From Candidatus Stammera capleta (GTDB lineage: Bacteria; Pseudomonadota; Gammaproteobacteria; Enterobacterales; Enterobacteriaceae), in assembly GCA_036689345.1 (NCBI GenBank), contig CP144799.1:36030-100029 (forward strand): a DNA stretch of 64,000 bases, read 5' to 3'. The translations under genes were made by a program, and so were the position numbers. This document shows positions 25,226-37,085 of the stretch, piece by piece; position 1 is the first letter of the stretch, and each line of letters opens with the position of its first letter. The notes beneath the pieces were generated by a model. That model saw only the letters and a list, made by a program, of their open reading frames with translations. It had not been told where the DNA came from and searched no databases.

Positions 25226-25244
25226 TTTTGTATTTTATTATTAT

Positions 25245-26111
25245 ATGTTTACTATTCAAAAATTAATTTCTAGATTAACTAAATATTGAGCTAAATTAGG
25301 TAGTTGTTTTATTCAATCTTTAGATTTAGAAGTTGGTGCTGGTACTTTTCATCCTATTACTTTTTTTAATGCTTTAAAAAGTAATAATTCTTTTTTTTCT
25401 TATGTTCAATTATGTAGGAGACCGTTAGATGGTAGATATGGAAAAAATTATTATAGATTACAACAATATTATCAATTTCAAGTTATTATAAAACCTACTT
25501 TAGTTAATATTCAAAATATATATATATCTTCATTAAAATATGTGGGTGTTAATTTATCTAAATGTGAATTACGTTTTATAGAAGATAATTGAGAAAATCC
25601 TACTTTAGGAGTATATGGAGTTGGTTGAGAAGTATGATTAGATGGTATGGAAATTACTCAGTTTACTTATTTTCAAAATATTTCTGGTTTTAATTGTGAT
25701 CCTGTTTTAATTGAAATAACATATGGATTAGAAAGATTATCTTTATATTTACAGAATATTACTAATATATATCATTTAATATGATACAATAAAGGGTGTA
25801 AGTCTATAAAATATAAAGATATTTTTTTAAAAAATGAAATAGAAAAATCTTTATATAATTTTAATTATTCTAATATTGATTTTTTATTAAATTGTTTTGT
25901 TAATTTTGAATCTGAAGCTTTGAGATTAATTTCTTTTAAAAAACCTTTTATTATTTCTTCTTATGAATTTGTTATTAAAATGGTACATTATTTTAATTTA
26001 TTGGATACTAGAAATTATTTTTCTAGTATTGAGAGACAAAATTTTATTTTACGTATAAGAAATTTATTTCATGAAATAGCTAAAAGATATATTTTTTATA
26101 AAAAAAAATAA
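25245..26111 (+). CDS. glyQ: glycine--tRNA ligase alpha subunit
   Basis: ATG at 25245, in frame with track ORF 25920-26111. [49 protein letters not shown] and ITYGLERL are nearly identical to E. coli GlyQ, with Trp encoded by TGA. Confidence 0.97.
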
Positions 26112-26125
26112 AATGGTGAATTTTA

Positions 26126-28222
26126 ATGTCTAAATATGGTTTTTTATTAATTGAATTAAATACTGAAGAACTTCCTATAGAAGGTCTAAAAAAATTAGGT
26201 GAAGATTTTGTATTTTTTTTTTTAAATGAATTTAAAAAAAATTTTTTTTTTTGTTCTAGTTGAAATTATTATGTAACGTCAAGAAAAATATCTTGTATAT
26301 TTGAAAATTTTAGTTTTTATCAAAAAATTAGTAAAGATAAAAAAATTATTTATGGTCCTAAAATAAATATAAATTCAAAAGTAAATTTTTTTCAAGATCC
26401 TTTATTAAGTTGAATTAATAAATTTAATATTAATTATAAAAAAATAAATTATTTTATAGTTAATAAAAAAAAAATTTTTTTTGTAGAAAATGAAATTAAA
26501 AAAAAAAATATTATTTTTTTTATAAATATAATTTTTAAAAGTGTATTATTAAAATTAATTAAAAACCGTAAGGTAATAAGGTGAGGAAAAAATAATTTTA
26601 TTTTTATTAGACCAGTAAATAATGTTATTGTAATGTTTAATGATAAAATTTTAAATGTAAATATTTTTAATATAAAATCTAATAATTTTCTTTATGGACA
26701 TAGATTTTTGAAAAAAAAAAAAATTATTTTAAATCACGCCAGTAAATATGAAGAATATTTATTTAAATATGGAAAAATTATTGTTAATTATAATAAACGT
26801 AAAAATAAAATAATAAGTATTTTAAATAATATTTCTTTAAAGAAATATTTTTCTTTTAATTATAATAATAATTTTTTAAATAAAATTACTTCTATGATAG
26901 AATGACCAGGTTTTTTAATATGTAAATTTAAAAAAAAATTTTTATCTTTACCTAAAGAGTTATTAGTTTTTATAATTGAAAAACATTATGGTTTTTCTGT
27001 TTTTGATATAAATTATAATTTATTAAATTATTTTATTATAATAACTAATTCAGAATTTAATGATTTAAAATCTAAAAATATTAAAAAAAATTATGAGTTT
27101 GTTATAGAATCTGAGTTAAATGATGCAAAATTATTATTTATTAATGATATTAAATTACCTTTTATAAGTTATTTATTAAAATTAAAGAATATTGTTTTTT
27201 ATAATAAATTAGGTAATTTTTTTGATAAAATTAAGAGAATGTTATATTTATCTAAAAAAATTTCTAAGTATTTATTTTATAAATCTATTGATTTTAATTT
27301 AATATATCATGCTATTTTATTAATTAAATGTGATTTAGCTACATCTTTATATAAAGAATATACAGATTTAAAAGGTATTATAGGAATGTATTATTCTTTT
27401 TTGGAATATAAAAATTGAAAATTATCTTTAATAATTAAAAATCATTATTTTCCTAGATATTCTGGAGATTATATACCTAAAGATAAATATAGTTCTGTAA
27501 TTTCTTTAATTGATAAATTAGATACATTAGTTGGAATTTTAGCGTTAAATAATTTTATTAATTTAAATAGAAATAATGATCCATATGGATTAAGAAAACT
27601 ATCTTTATTAATATTAAATATTATATTAGTTAATAATTTTCATTTAAATTTATATAATTTATTGAAATTTAATATTTCTTTATTTAATATTAAGTTTAAT
27701 AAAGTAAAAATAATTTATGTTATAAATTTTATTTTTAAACGTTCTAATAAAATATTTTTAGATTTTGGTTATAGTAAAAAATTTATTAATTCTGTTAAAA
27801 ATTTAAATATATTTGATTTTTTAGATATTAAATTAAGATTAGAATTAGTATGAAAAATAAGAAATTCTAAAAAATTTCTATTATTTTTGAATTTAATTAA
27901 AAGAATTAGAAATATTTTATTAAGAAATAAATATATAATTAATTGTTTTTCTGTAAATAATAATTTTTTAATTTTAAAAGAAGAAAAAATTTTATTTAAT
28001 TATATATTTTTTTTAGAAAAAAAAATTTTTTTTTGTTTTAAAAAATATATGTATAATGATTTAATGAATTATTTTTTTATGTCTATAAATAAAGTAGAAA
28101 ATTTTTTTTCTTATGTAAGAATAGATATTGATGATGTTAATATCAAAAATAATAGATTAATTTTATTAAATAAATTAAATTCAATATTTTTGAGATTTAT
28201 TAATTTTAATAATCTTATATAA
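26126..28222 (+). CDS. glyS: glycine--tRNA ligase beta subunit
   Basis: ATG at 26126 (MSKYGFLLIELNTEELP vs E. coli ..FLVEIGTEELP). Track ORFs 26633-26905, 27662-27853 and 27887-28222 all share this frame. About 698 aa versus 689 in E. coli. Confidence 0.92.
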
Positions 28223-28223
28223 T

Positions 28224-29318
28224 TTATAAAGGTATATTTTTTTTTATTATTCCTCCTCCTAAACATATATTATATTTATAAAATACAGCTGATTGTCCTG
28301 GAGCCACAGCAAATATAGAGTTTTTAAATATTACTTTTATATTTTTATTAAATATAATTTTACATGGTATTTCTTTTTGTTGATATCTAGTTTTTATATT
28401 ACAAAATATAATTTTGTATTTTTTTTTTAAATAAATAAAGTGTATATTTTTTATATATATTCCTTTAAAATATAGGAATTTTTTGTTTTTTTTTTTTACT
28501 ACTAAGAGTTTATTTTTTTTATTTTTTTTTTTTACTACATAATATGGTACGTTACTTTTAATATTTAAATTTTTTCTTTGTCCTATAGTATAATAGAAAA
28601 GTCCTTTATGGTATCCTAAAATTTTTTTATTTTCTATATCTATAATTTTACCTGGTTTATTTTTTATAAATTTTTTAATAAAATTTTTATATTTTCTTTT
28701 ACCTATAAAACATATTCCTGTAGAACTTTTTTTTTTAGCATTTGGTAAGTTTAGATTTAAAGCTATTTTCCTAATTTCTTTTTTATAGTAATTTCCTAAT
28801 GGAAATAAAGATTTTTTTATTTGTTTTTGTTTTAAAATATATAAAAAATAACTTTGATCTTTTAAATTATCTATTCCTTTTAATAATAAAAATATGTTTT
28901 TTTTTCTTATTTTATTTACATAATGTCCTGTAGCTATAAAATCTGCTTTTAGTATTTTAAAAGAAAATTTTAAAAAAAGTTTGAATTTTATTTCTTTATT
29001 ACATAATATATCTGGATTAGGTGTTTTAGATTTATTTAATTCTTTAATAAAAATTTTAAAAACTTTATTCCAATATTCATAAGAAAAATTTATTTTATGT
29101 AATTTTATATTTAATTTTTTACATATATTTAAAGCATCTAAATAATCTTTTTTATAATGACAATATTGTTTATTATGATTATTTTCTTCTCAACATTTTA
29201 TAAATAAACATTCTACTTTAAAACCCATTTGTTTTAATAATCATGTAGTAACTGAAGAATCTATTCCTCCAGATAATCCTACTATAACTTTATAAATTTT
29301 TTTTATTTTAAATTTCAT
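28224..29318 (-). CDS. mnmA: tRNA 2-thiouridine(34) synthase MnmA
   Basis: Minus strand, ATG at 29318. PP-loop VGLSGGIDSSV; ATGHY; C-terminal APGQSAVFYKYNICLGGGII vs E. coli GQSAVFYNGEVCLGGGII. Length 1095 nt in one frame with TGA=Trp. Stop TAA at 28224-28226. Confidence 0.93.
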
Positions 29319-29322
29319 TTTT

Positions 29323-30474
29323 TTAAAAGAATTTCATTTTATTAAAAATTTTTTTAATTATTAATATAAAAAAATCTATTAAATATTTAATAAAATTTGT
29401 ATTTTTGTTTTCTTCTAAAGAAATTAAAAGATTTTTTTTTTTTGAATTAATAATTATTTTACCTAAAATTTGTTGTTTTTTAATTGGAGATTTTATAATT
29501 TTAAATATTTTAAAAGTAATTTTTTTTTTAAAAATATTATTTTTTTTATATAATATATAAATATTTTTATTAGTACCTATATTTATATATTTTTTATTAC
29601 CTAATCATGTTTTTATTGGTTTTATTTTATTATAATATTTAAATATTTTTTTAATTTTAAAATTATTTAATCCTCATTGAATTAATTTTTTAGTATCATT
29701 ATTTCTTTCTTTTATAGATTTAGATCCTAATACTACACATATTAATCTTAACTTATTTTTTTTTGCTGAAGTTATTAAATTATATCCAGCTTTATTTGTA
29801 TGACCAGTTTTTATACCATCTACATTAAAGTTTTTGTTTCATAATAAAGAATTTCTGTTTTTTTGTTTAATATTATTGAAAGTAAACACTTTTTTTTTAT
29901 ATATATTATATTCTTTAGGAAAATTTTTTATTAGTAATAAACTTAATTTAACCATATCTTTAGAAGATGTATATTGATTATTTTTGTCTAATCCATGTAC
30001 TGTTTTGAAATTAGTATTATTTAAATTCATATTTTTAGCATAAAAATTCATCAATTTTATAAATTTTTTTTCATTACCTGAAATATATTCAGCTATAGCT
30101 ACACTAGCATCATTACCTGATTGTATTATCATACCTTTATTTAAATTTTTTAATGTAACTTTATCACCTTTTTTTAAAAACATTAATGATGAATTTTTAA
30201 ATATAGGATTATTTGATGAAGAATTATTATTAATTATAATTATATCTTTTAAAGATATTTTTTTATGTTTTAATTTATCTAACAGAATATAATTTGTCAT
30301 TATTTTTGTTAAACTTGCAGGAGATAATTTTAAATTAATATTTTTTTTTGCTAGTATTTTTTGAGAATTATATTCTACTAAAATAAATGATTTAGAATGA
30401 ATATTATTTATTATATTATTAGAAAATGAATTAGTAAATACTAATAATATTAATAGTAGTTTAATTTTTTTCAT
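29323..30474 (-). CDS. dacA: D-alanyl-D-alanine carboxypeptidase (PBP5-type)
   Basis: Track ORF 29839-30474 extended through TGA (29839, 29674, 29605) to TAA at 29323-29325. Signal-peptide-like N-terminus. SXXK (SPASLTKIMT), SGN (QSGNDA) and KTG (IKTGHT) motifs. Confidence 0.92.
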
Positions 30475-30477
30475 ATT

Positions 30478-31548
30478 TTATTTTTTTTTTATTGACATAA
30501 TAATTCCAAATATAGACATATTTGTTATTAGAGATGATCCTCCATAACTCATTAGTGGTAATGGTATTCCTACTATAGGTAAAATACCACTTACCATACT
30601 TATATTTATTAAAGTATTAATAAAAAAAATTATTATAAAACTAGAGGAAAGTAATTTTTCAAAATAAGTATAGCTATTTATAGATATATAAAAACTTCTA
30701 ATTATTAATATACTATATATTACTAATAAAAATAATACTCCTATAAATCCATGTTCTTCAGCTATTATAGTAAATATAAAATCAGTTTTTTTTTCTGGTA
30801 TAAAATTTAATCTAGATTGAGTTCCATAAAATATACCTTTTCCGTATTTACCTCCAGAACCTATAGAAATTTTAGATTGATTAATTTGATATCCACTTTT
30901 TAAAGATTTTTTATTAGTAATTAAGGTAATTATTCTTTCTTTTTGGTAATTATGTAAAAAAAATTTTCATATTACTGGTAATAATATAATACTTATTATT
31001 GTGAATAATAAAATAATTTTTTTATTAATTCCTCCTAAATATAGAGTAACTAAACCTGATATATATATTAATATAGATGTTCCTAAATCAGGTTGTAAAT
31101 ATACTAATATAGTAGGTAATAAAATTATTAATTTAGTTTTAAATAAATCTTTAATTTTTAATGGATAATTATTATTTATATATTTTGCAATAATTATTGG
31201 TATAATTATTTTAGCTATTTCTGATGGTTGAAATTGTAATATACCTATATTTATTCATCTTTGAGCTCCTTTAATAATATGTCCTTTAATATAAACTATT
31301 AATAAAAGAATATTACATAAAACATAAAATACATTAGAATAATTTTTATAAAATGAACTTTTTAATTTAGTTAAGTAAATCATTAAAAATATACTTATTA
31401 ATAAATGTATTATTCTTTTATATATTATATATATATTTTTATTACTTGCACTATATATAATTATAATGCTATATATTGATATTAATATAATACAAGAAAA
31501 TATTGTTATATCTAAATTATTATAAAAATTTTTAATTTTTTTTATCAT
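30478..31548 (-). CDS. mrdB: peptidoglycan glycosyltransferase RodA (SEDS family)
   Basis: Track ORF 31255-31548 extended in frame through TGA to TAA at 30478-30480. LQPDLGT, FIFTIIAEEHGFIG and GIPLPLMSYGGSS motifs. dacA-rodA-mrdA order as in E. coli. Confidence 0.93.
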
Positions 31549-33352
31549 ATCAAATATTTTTTTTGAGAATTAATTTTTGGTTTTTATATAAAAAATCTGT
31601 TATTTTTCTCATAATATATCCTATTTTTGGTCCATTACCTCCGTGTTCTAATACAATTGAAATAGCAAAATTAGGTTTTTTATATGGTATGAATGCATTC
31701 ATTAAAGTATGATCTTTAAATATAAAATTTTTATTTTTTAAAAAATAATTTTTTTGTAATGATATTATTTGTGCTGTACCTGATTTTGTAGCTATTTTAT
31801 ATTTTGTATTTAAAAAATTTTTGTAAGCTGTACCATTTTTTTTACATGCTACACCATACATACTTTTTTTAATTATTTTTCAATATTTTTTTTTTATATT
31901 TTTAATTTTTTTAATATATAATTTACTATATACTTTATTTTCTATATTTTTTAATAAATGAGGATTTATAATTAAACCATTATTTATAAGAATTAATAAT
32001 GCTTTATTCATTTGTATAGGTGTAATAGCTAAATTTCCTTGACCAATACCTATTAAAATTGTATTTCCTATATATCAATTATTTTTTTTTATTATTTCTT
32101 TTTTAGGTAAATAACCAATATTTTCATTTGGTAAATCTATACCTGTTTTTTTACCATATCCAAATTTTTTAATTCATTTAATTAAATTTTTTATTCCCAT
32201 ATTATATGCTATATGATAATAAAATGTATCTGAAGATTCTTCTATTGATTTTCTAATATTTATTAATCCATGTCCTAATGTTTTTCAATCATAGAATATT
32301 TTTTTATATTTAGGTAATTTTCATCATCCAGGATCAAACATTATATGTTTGGTGCTAATTATTTTGTTATGTAATGCTGCTAAACCAATATAAGGTTTTA
32401 TAGTTGATGCTGGAGGATATATTCCTTGAATAGTTTTATTTATTAAAGAACTATAAGGATTATTAATAATTTTTTTATATTTTTTATTAGATATATTTTT
32501 AGTAAAAAAATTTGGATTATATCCAGGAGTAGAAATTAAAGAATAAATTTCTCCATTATTTGGATTAGATATTATTATTGAAGATTGATTGTTTTTTACT
32601 AATTTATATATAAATTTTTGAGTATTTATGTCAATTGTTAAGTAAATATTTTTACCAGCATAAGATTTTTTTATATTAGTAGTATTTAATATTTCACCTT
32701 TATTATTAAAAATTATTTTTTTAATTCCATATTTTCCACGTAAAATATTATCATAATATTTTTCTATTCCATTTTTTCCTATATAATTTTTATTATTTTT
32801 ATCTTTTGATGTATATCCTATTACATGTGATAAAATATTTTTATAAGGATAAAATCTATATTTATTTTTTTTTAAATATATATATTTAAGTATTGATTTA
32901 TTTTTATAATATTCTATTATATCTTTGTTATTTAAATATTTTTTAATAATAATATTTTTATTTAAATTATTTTTATATATTTTAATAAGATTATTAATTT
33001 TTTTTTTTGATAATAGAAAAATTTTTTCTAAAATTTTTCTTATTTTTTTTATTTTATTAACTTGGTTTATTTTTATAGTTAAATAATAATAATTTTTATT
33101 TATTACTACGGGTTTTTTATTTCTATCGAATATTATACCTCTATATGGTATACTAGGTACAAGTCTAGTATAATTATTTTTAGATAAACTAGAATAGTAT
33201 TGGAAATTAATTATTTGTAATTTGTATATATTAAATATACTAATTATTAATGCTAGAAAAAGAATTAAAATAATTTGTTTAGATCTTTTTAAAAAAGTAT
33301 CATTTTTTTTTTTATTAAAATAATAAAAATAGTTTTTATATTTAAAGTTCAT
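31532..33352 (-). CDS. mrdA: peptidoglycan D,D-transpeptidase PBP2
   Basis: Track ORFs 32324-33352 and 31550-31861 share one frame. N-terminal TM, PYRGIIFDRN, STIKP (SXXK) and KSGTAQ (KTG). TGA at 31550-31552 read as Trp extends the ORF 5 codons to TAA at 31532-31534, overlapping the rodA start. Confidence 0.92.
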
Positions 33353-33476
33353 AATGTTTATTAGTTATTAACTTATAATATAAATTATAATATATAAATT
33401 AATAATTTAAATAAAAATGATTTTTTATATATAAATTTAATTTTTTATTTATTATTTAAATGATTTAATATATTTT

Positions 33477-35144
33477 ATGTTTAAAAATCCTATAAAAACT
33501 AAATATTGATGTGAATTGAATAATCATTTTTTATCTATTAAAGATAAAGAAATTTTTGATTTATTTAAAGAAGATAAAAGAAGATTTAGTAATTTTTCTA
33601 TTAATTATAAAAATAAAATTTTAGTAGATTTTTCTAAAAATCGTATTGTATTAAAAACTTTAAATTTATTTATTGGTTTATTAGAAGAAATTAATTTTAA
33701 AAATTATATTTTTTCTATGTTATCTGGAGAAAAAATTAATTTTACAGAGAATAAACCTGTTTTACATTTTTTATTGAGAGATAGAAAAAATTTTTTTTTA
33801 AATAAAAATTCTGATTTTTTAGATATTAAAAAAGATATAGATACAAATTTAAATAAAATAAAATTTTTTACGGAAAAAATATTAAATGGTAAATGATTAG
33901 GTTTTTCAGGTAAAAAAATTATTAATATAGTTAATGTTGGTATAGGTGGATCTGATTTAGGTCCTCGTATGATTATTAATGCATTATCTTTGTATAAAAA
34001 TAATAGTATAAAAATGTATTTTATATCTAATATAGATTCTTCTGATATAATTAAAGTTTTAAATAAATTAAATCCTGAAAATACTCTTTTTATAATATGT
34101 TCTAAAACATTTACTACTTTAGAAACTTTAAATAATGCAACTATTTTACGTAAATGAATATTAAATTTTTATAATAATAACGAAAAATCTTTGAATTATC
34201 ATTTTATATTAGTATCAAGTAATTTTACTGAGTCAGTAAAATTTGGTGTAAATTTAAATAATATTTTTATTGTTCATAATTGAGTTGGTGGAAGATATTC
34301 TTTTTGTTCAGCTTTTGGTATATCTATTTCTTTAGCTATAGGTTTTGATAATTTTATAAAATTATTAGATGGAGCTCATGATATGGATATTCATTTTTTT
34401 TATGAAAAATATTTAAATAATATACCTATAATTCTAGCTATAATAAGTATTTGATATAATAATTTTTTTAATTTTAATACTGAGGCAGTATTAGTTTATA
34501 ATGAAAATTTATTTTATTTACCTATTTATTTGCAACAACTTATTATGGAATCTAATGGAAAATATGTAGACTATAATGGTAATTATATAAATAAATATAA
34601 TACATCTCCTATTATATGAGGAGGAACAGGAACTGTCTCTCAACATTCTTTTTATCAATTATTACATCAAGGGACATATATTGTTCCTTGTGATTTTATA
34701 GCTGAAATTAAAAATATTAATAATATTAATAATTCTCATTTTAAATTAATATCTAATTTTATTTCTCAAACTCAATCTTTAGCTTTTGGAGATAAAATAT
34801 TTAAAAATAATAATTTAAATAATTATAATGGTTTAAATAAATTTACTCAATTTAAAGGTAATCGTCCTACTAATACTATTTTGATAAAAAAAATTAGTCC
34901 TTATAATTTAGGTTTATTAATATCTCTATATGAACATAAAGTTTTTACTCAAGGAGTAATTTTAAATATATGTAGTTTCGATCAATGAGGTGTAGAACTA
35001 GGTAAAAAATTATCTAATGTATTATTACCTTATATAGGTAAAAATAATGTTTTAAAAAATAAAAATTTAAAGAAAAATATTTATTTAGATAATTCTACAT
35101 TAAATTTAATAAATTTTTTTAATAAATATTGTTTTAAAAAATAA
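33477..35144 (+). CDS. pgi: glucose-6-phosphate isomerase
   Basis: ATG at 33477, in frame with track ORFs 33516-33896 and 33969-34157. [32 protein letters not shown] and ESNGK motifs. Stop TAA at 35142-35144. Confidence 0.95.
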
Positions 35145-35159
35145 CTTTTTATAAATAAA

Positions 35160-35435
35160 ATGGCAAATAATAAATCTTCAAAAAAAAGAATTTTAATTAA
35201 TAAATTAAGAAACAAAAATAATATAAGTAAAAAATCTATGTTAAAAACTTATATAAAAAAATTTAAATTATCGATAAAAAATAAAAATAAAAAATTGGTT
35301 GTAATTTATTATATTTTAATACAATCTCTATTAGATAAATTTTCCTCTAAAAAAATTATACATTTTAATAAATCTTCTAGATATAAATCTAATTTATCTA
35401 AATTAATGAATATTTTCTTAAAAAATTGTATTTAA
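35160..35435 (+). CDS. rpsT: 30S ribosomal protein S20
   Basis: MANNKSSKKRILINKLRNKNNISKKSMLKTYIKK vs E. coli [34 protein letters not shown]. Confidence 0.93.
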   Translation: MANNKSSKKRILINKLRNKNNISKKSMLKTYIKKFKLSIKNKNKKLVVIYYILIQSLLDKFSSKKIIHFNKSSRYKSNLSKLMNIFLKNCI

Positions 35436-35444
35436 TATAAATAT

Positions 35445-36224
35445 TTATTTAAATTTGTATTTAGAATATAGATTAGTAATTTTACAAAAATTTTTTATAG
35501 AAATTTTATTTGGTCTTTCATTTAAATTTATATTGTTTTTTTTAATTATTTTTTTATTTAAAATATTTTTTAAATTATTTATGGTTTTTTTTTTTTTTCT
35601 TTTAAATGAAATATTTAATATATGAATAAAATGTTTAATATTTATAAGTTTATATTTTTTTTTTCTAGGTTTTAACATTATAAAAACTGAATTTACTTTC
35701 GGTTTAGGATAAAAAAATTTTTTTTTAATATTTATTAATATTTTAATATTATAAAAGTATTTTACTAAAATACTAATTTTGTTGTATTTTTTATCTCCTT
35801 TTTTAGAAATTAATAAATTAAAAAATTCCTTTTGTATCATTATGTGTATATCTTTAATAATTTTAAAATTTTTTATAAATATAAAGAATAATTTTTTAGA
35901 TATATAATATGGTATATTGCCAAATATTCTAATTTTTTTTTTTTTTTTTTTAAAAAAATTTAAGAAATTAAATTTTAATACATTAATATTAATTATTTTA
36001 ATTTTAGTATTTTTTTTTTTATTTTTTTTTATTAAAAATTTATCTATTTCTAATGAAGTTAAATTTTTATTATATTTAATAATTTTATTAGAAATTTCTC
36101 CATTTCCATATCCTATTTCTATTAAAATATCTTTTTTTTTTGGTTTAATAAAATTAACTATTTTTTTAATTATTTTTTTGTTTTTTAGAAATATTTGTCC
36201 TAAACTATTTTTTATTTTTAACAT
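35445..36224 (-). CDS. rsmA: 16S rRNA (adenine1518/1519-N6)-dimethyltransferase
   Basis: Single ORF. GQIFLKN, EIGYGNG, FGNIPYYIS and FYPKPKVNS correspond to KsgA motifs GQNFL, EIGPG, FGNLPYNIS and FTPPPKVDS. Confidence 0.9.
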   Translation of the reverse strand: MLKIKNSLGQIFLKNKKIIKKIVNFIKPKKKDILIEIGYGNGEISNKIIKYNKNLTSLEIDKFLIKKNKKKNTKIKIININVLKFNFLNFFKKKKKKIRIFGNIPYYISKKLFFIFIKNFKIIKDIHIMIQKEFFNLLISKKGDKKYNKISILVKYFYNIKILINIKKKFFYPKPKVNSVFIMLKPRKKKYKLINIKHFIHILNISFKRKKKKTINNLKNILNKKIIKKNNINLNERPNKISIKNFCKITNLYSKYKFK

Positions 36225-36351
36225 AAAATTGATATTTATTTATAATAAATATTTTAAATTAATTTTAATATTATTAATAGTATTATGTTATACTAAAATA
36301 ATTATTTAAACGTATATTTTAATTTTTTTTTTAAAGAATTATTTTACTAAT

Positions 36352-37083
36352 ATGGAATGATATTTTAGATATTTAATAATTAAACATATATATATAGCTT
36401 ATTTTTTAATTTTTTTAGTTTCTTTATTTGAATCATTAGCTTTTTTAGGTTTTTTAATACCTAGTAGTATGATTATGTTTTTAATAGGTTTTTTTATAGG
36501 TAAAGGTAATATAAATTTTTATTATTCGTATATTTTAGTAGTTTTAGGTTGTACTTTGGGAGATATAATTTCTTATTATGCAGGAAAATATTTAAAAAAT
36601 TATTTATTTTATTTTCGTAAAAAAATATCTAATTATGTAAATATTTTTGAAAATATATTTAAATATTTTAAAAAAAATTCTTCTTTCGTTATTATATCTA
36701 GTAAATTTACTGGACCAATAAAATCATTTTTTTTTTTTATTTCTGGTATGTTAGATATATCTATTAAAAAAATTATTTTACCTAATTTTTTAAGTACTTT
36801 ATTATGGTCAATTTCTTTTTTTATACCTGGTATATTATCAGGTGTAGCAGTTACTTTACCTAATAGTTTTTTGTTTAAAACACATTTATTTAGTTTTATA
36901 TTTTTATTAGTTTTAAATATTTATATTTTTTGTAAATGATTAAGTAAAGATTTTTTAAATAAAAATTTATCTAGATTTTTTTTAATTGTTTTTTTATTTT
37001 TATGTATTAAACATCTATTAATTTTAATTAATAATGATACTTTTAATATTTTTGTTAAATTAATATTTAAATTATTTTTTTAA
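36352..37083 (+). CDS. DedA-family inner membrane protein
   Basis: ATG at 36352, in frame with track ORF 36469-36939 and continuing through TGA at 36937 to TAA at 37081-37083. FESLAFLGFLIPSS....GCTLGDIISYYAGKY resembles the DedA/SNARE-associated core. Multi-TM profile. Which paralogue (yabI or yohD-like) is unresolved. Confidence 0.7.
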
Positions 37084-37085
37084 TT

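Noticed and set aside
35917-36309. Long Phe/Ile/Leu-rich ORFs on the strand opposite known genes. Examples are 35917-36309, 46494-46886, 55808-56110, 58763-59050, 59131-59352, 59623-59886, 43201-43410, 37780-38055, 48951-49112 and 9778-9966.
   Set aside because: They are antisense shadows of Lys/Asn/Ile-rich genes, because AAA/AAT/ATA codons read TTT/ATT/TAT on the other strand and rarely create stops. Each is fully contained in a well-supported gene, and none has a recognisable motif.
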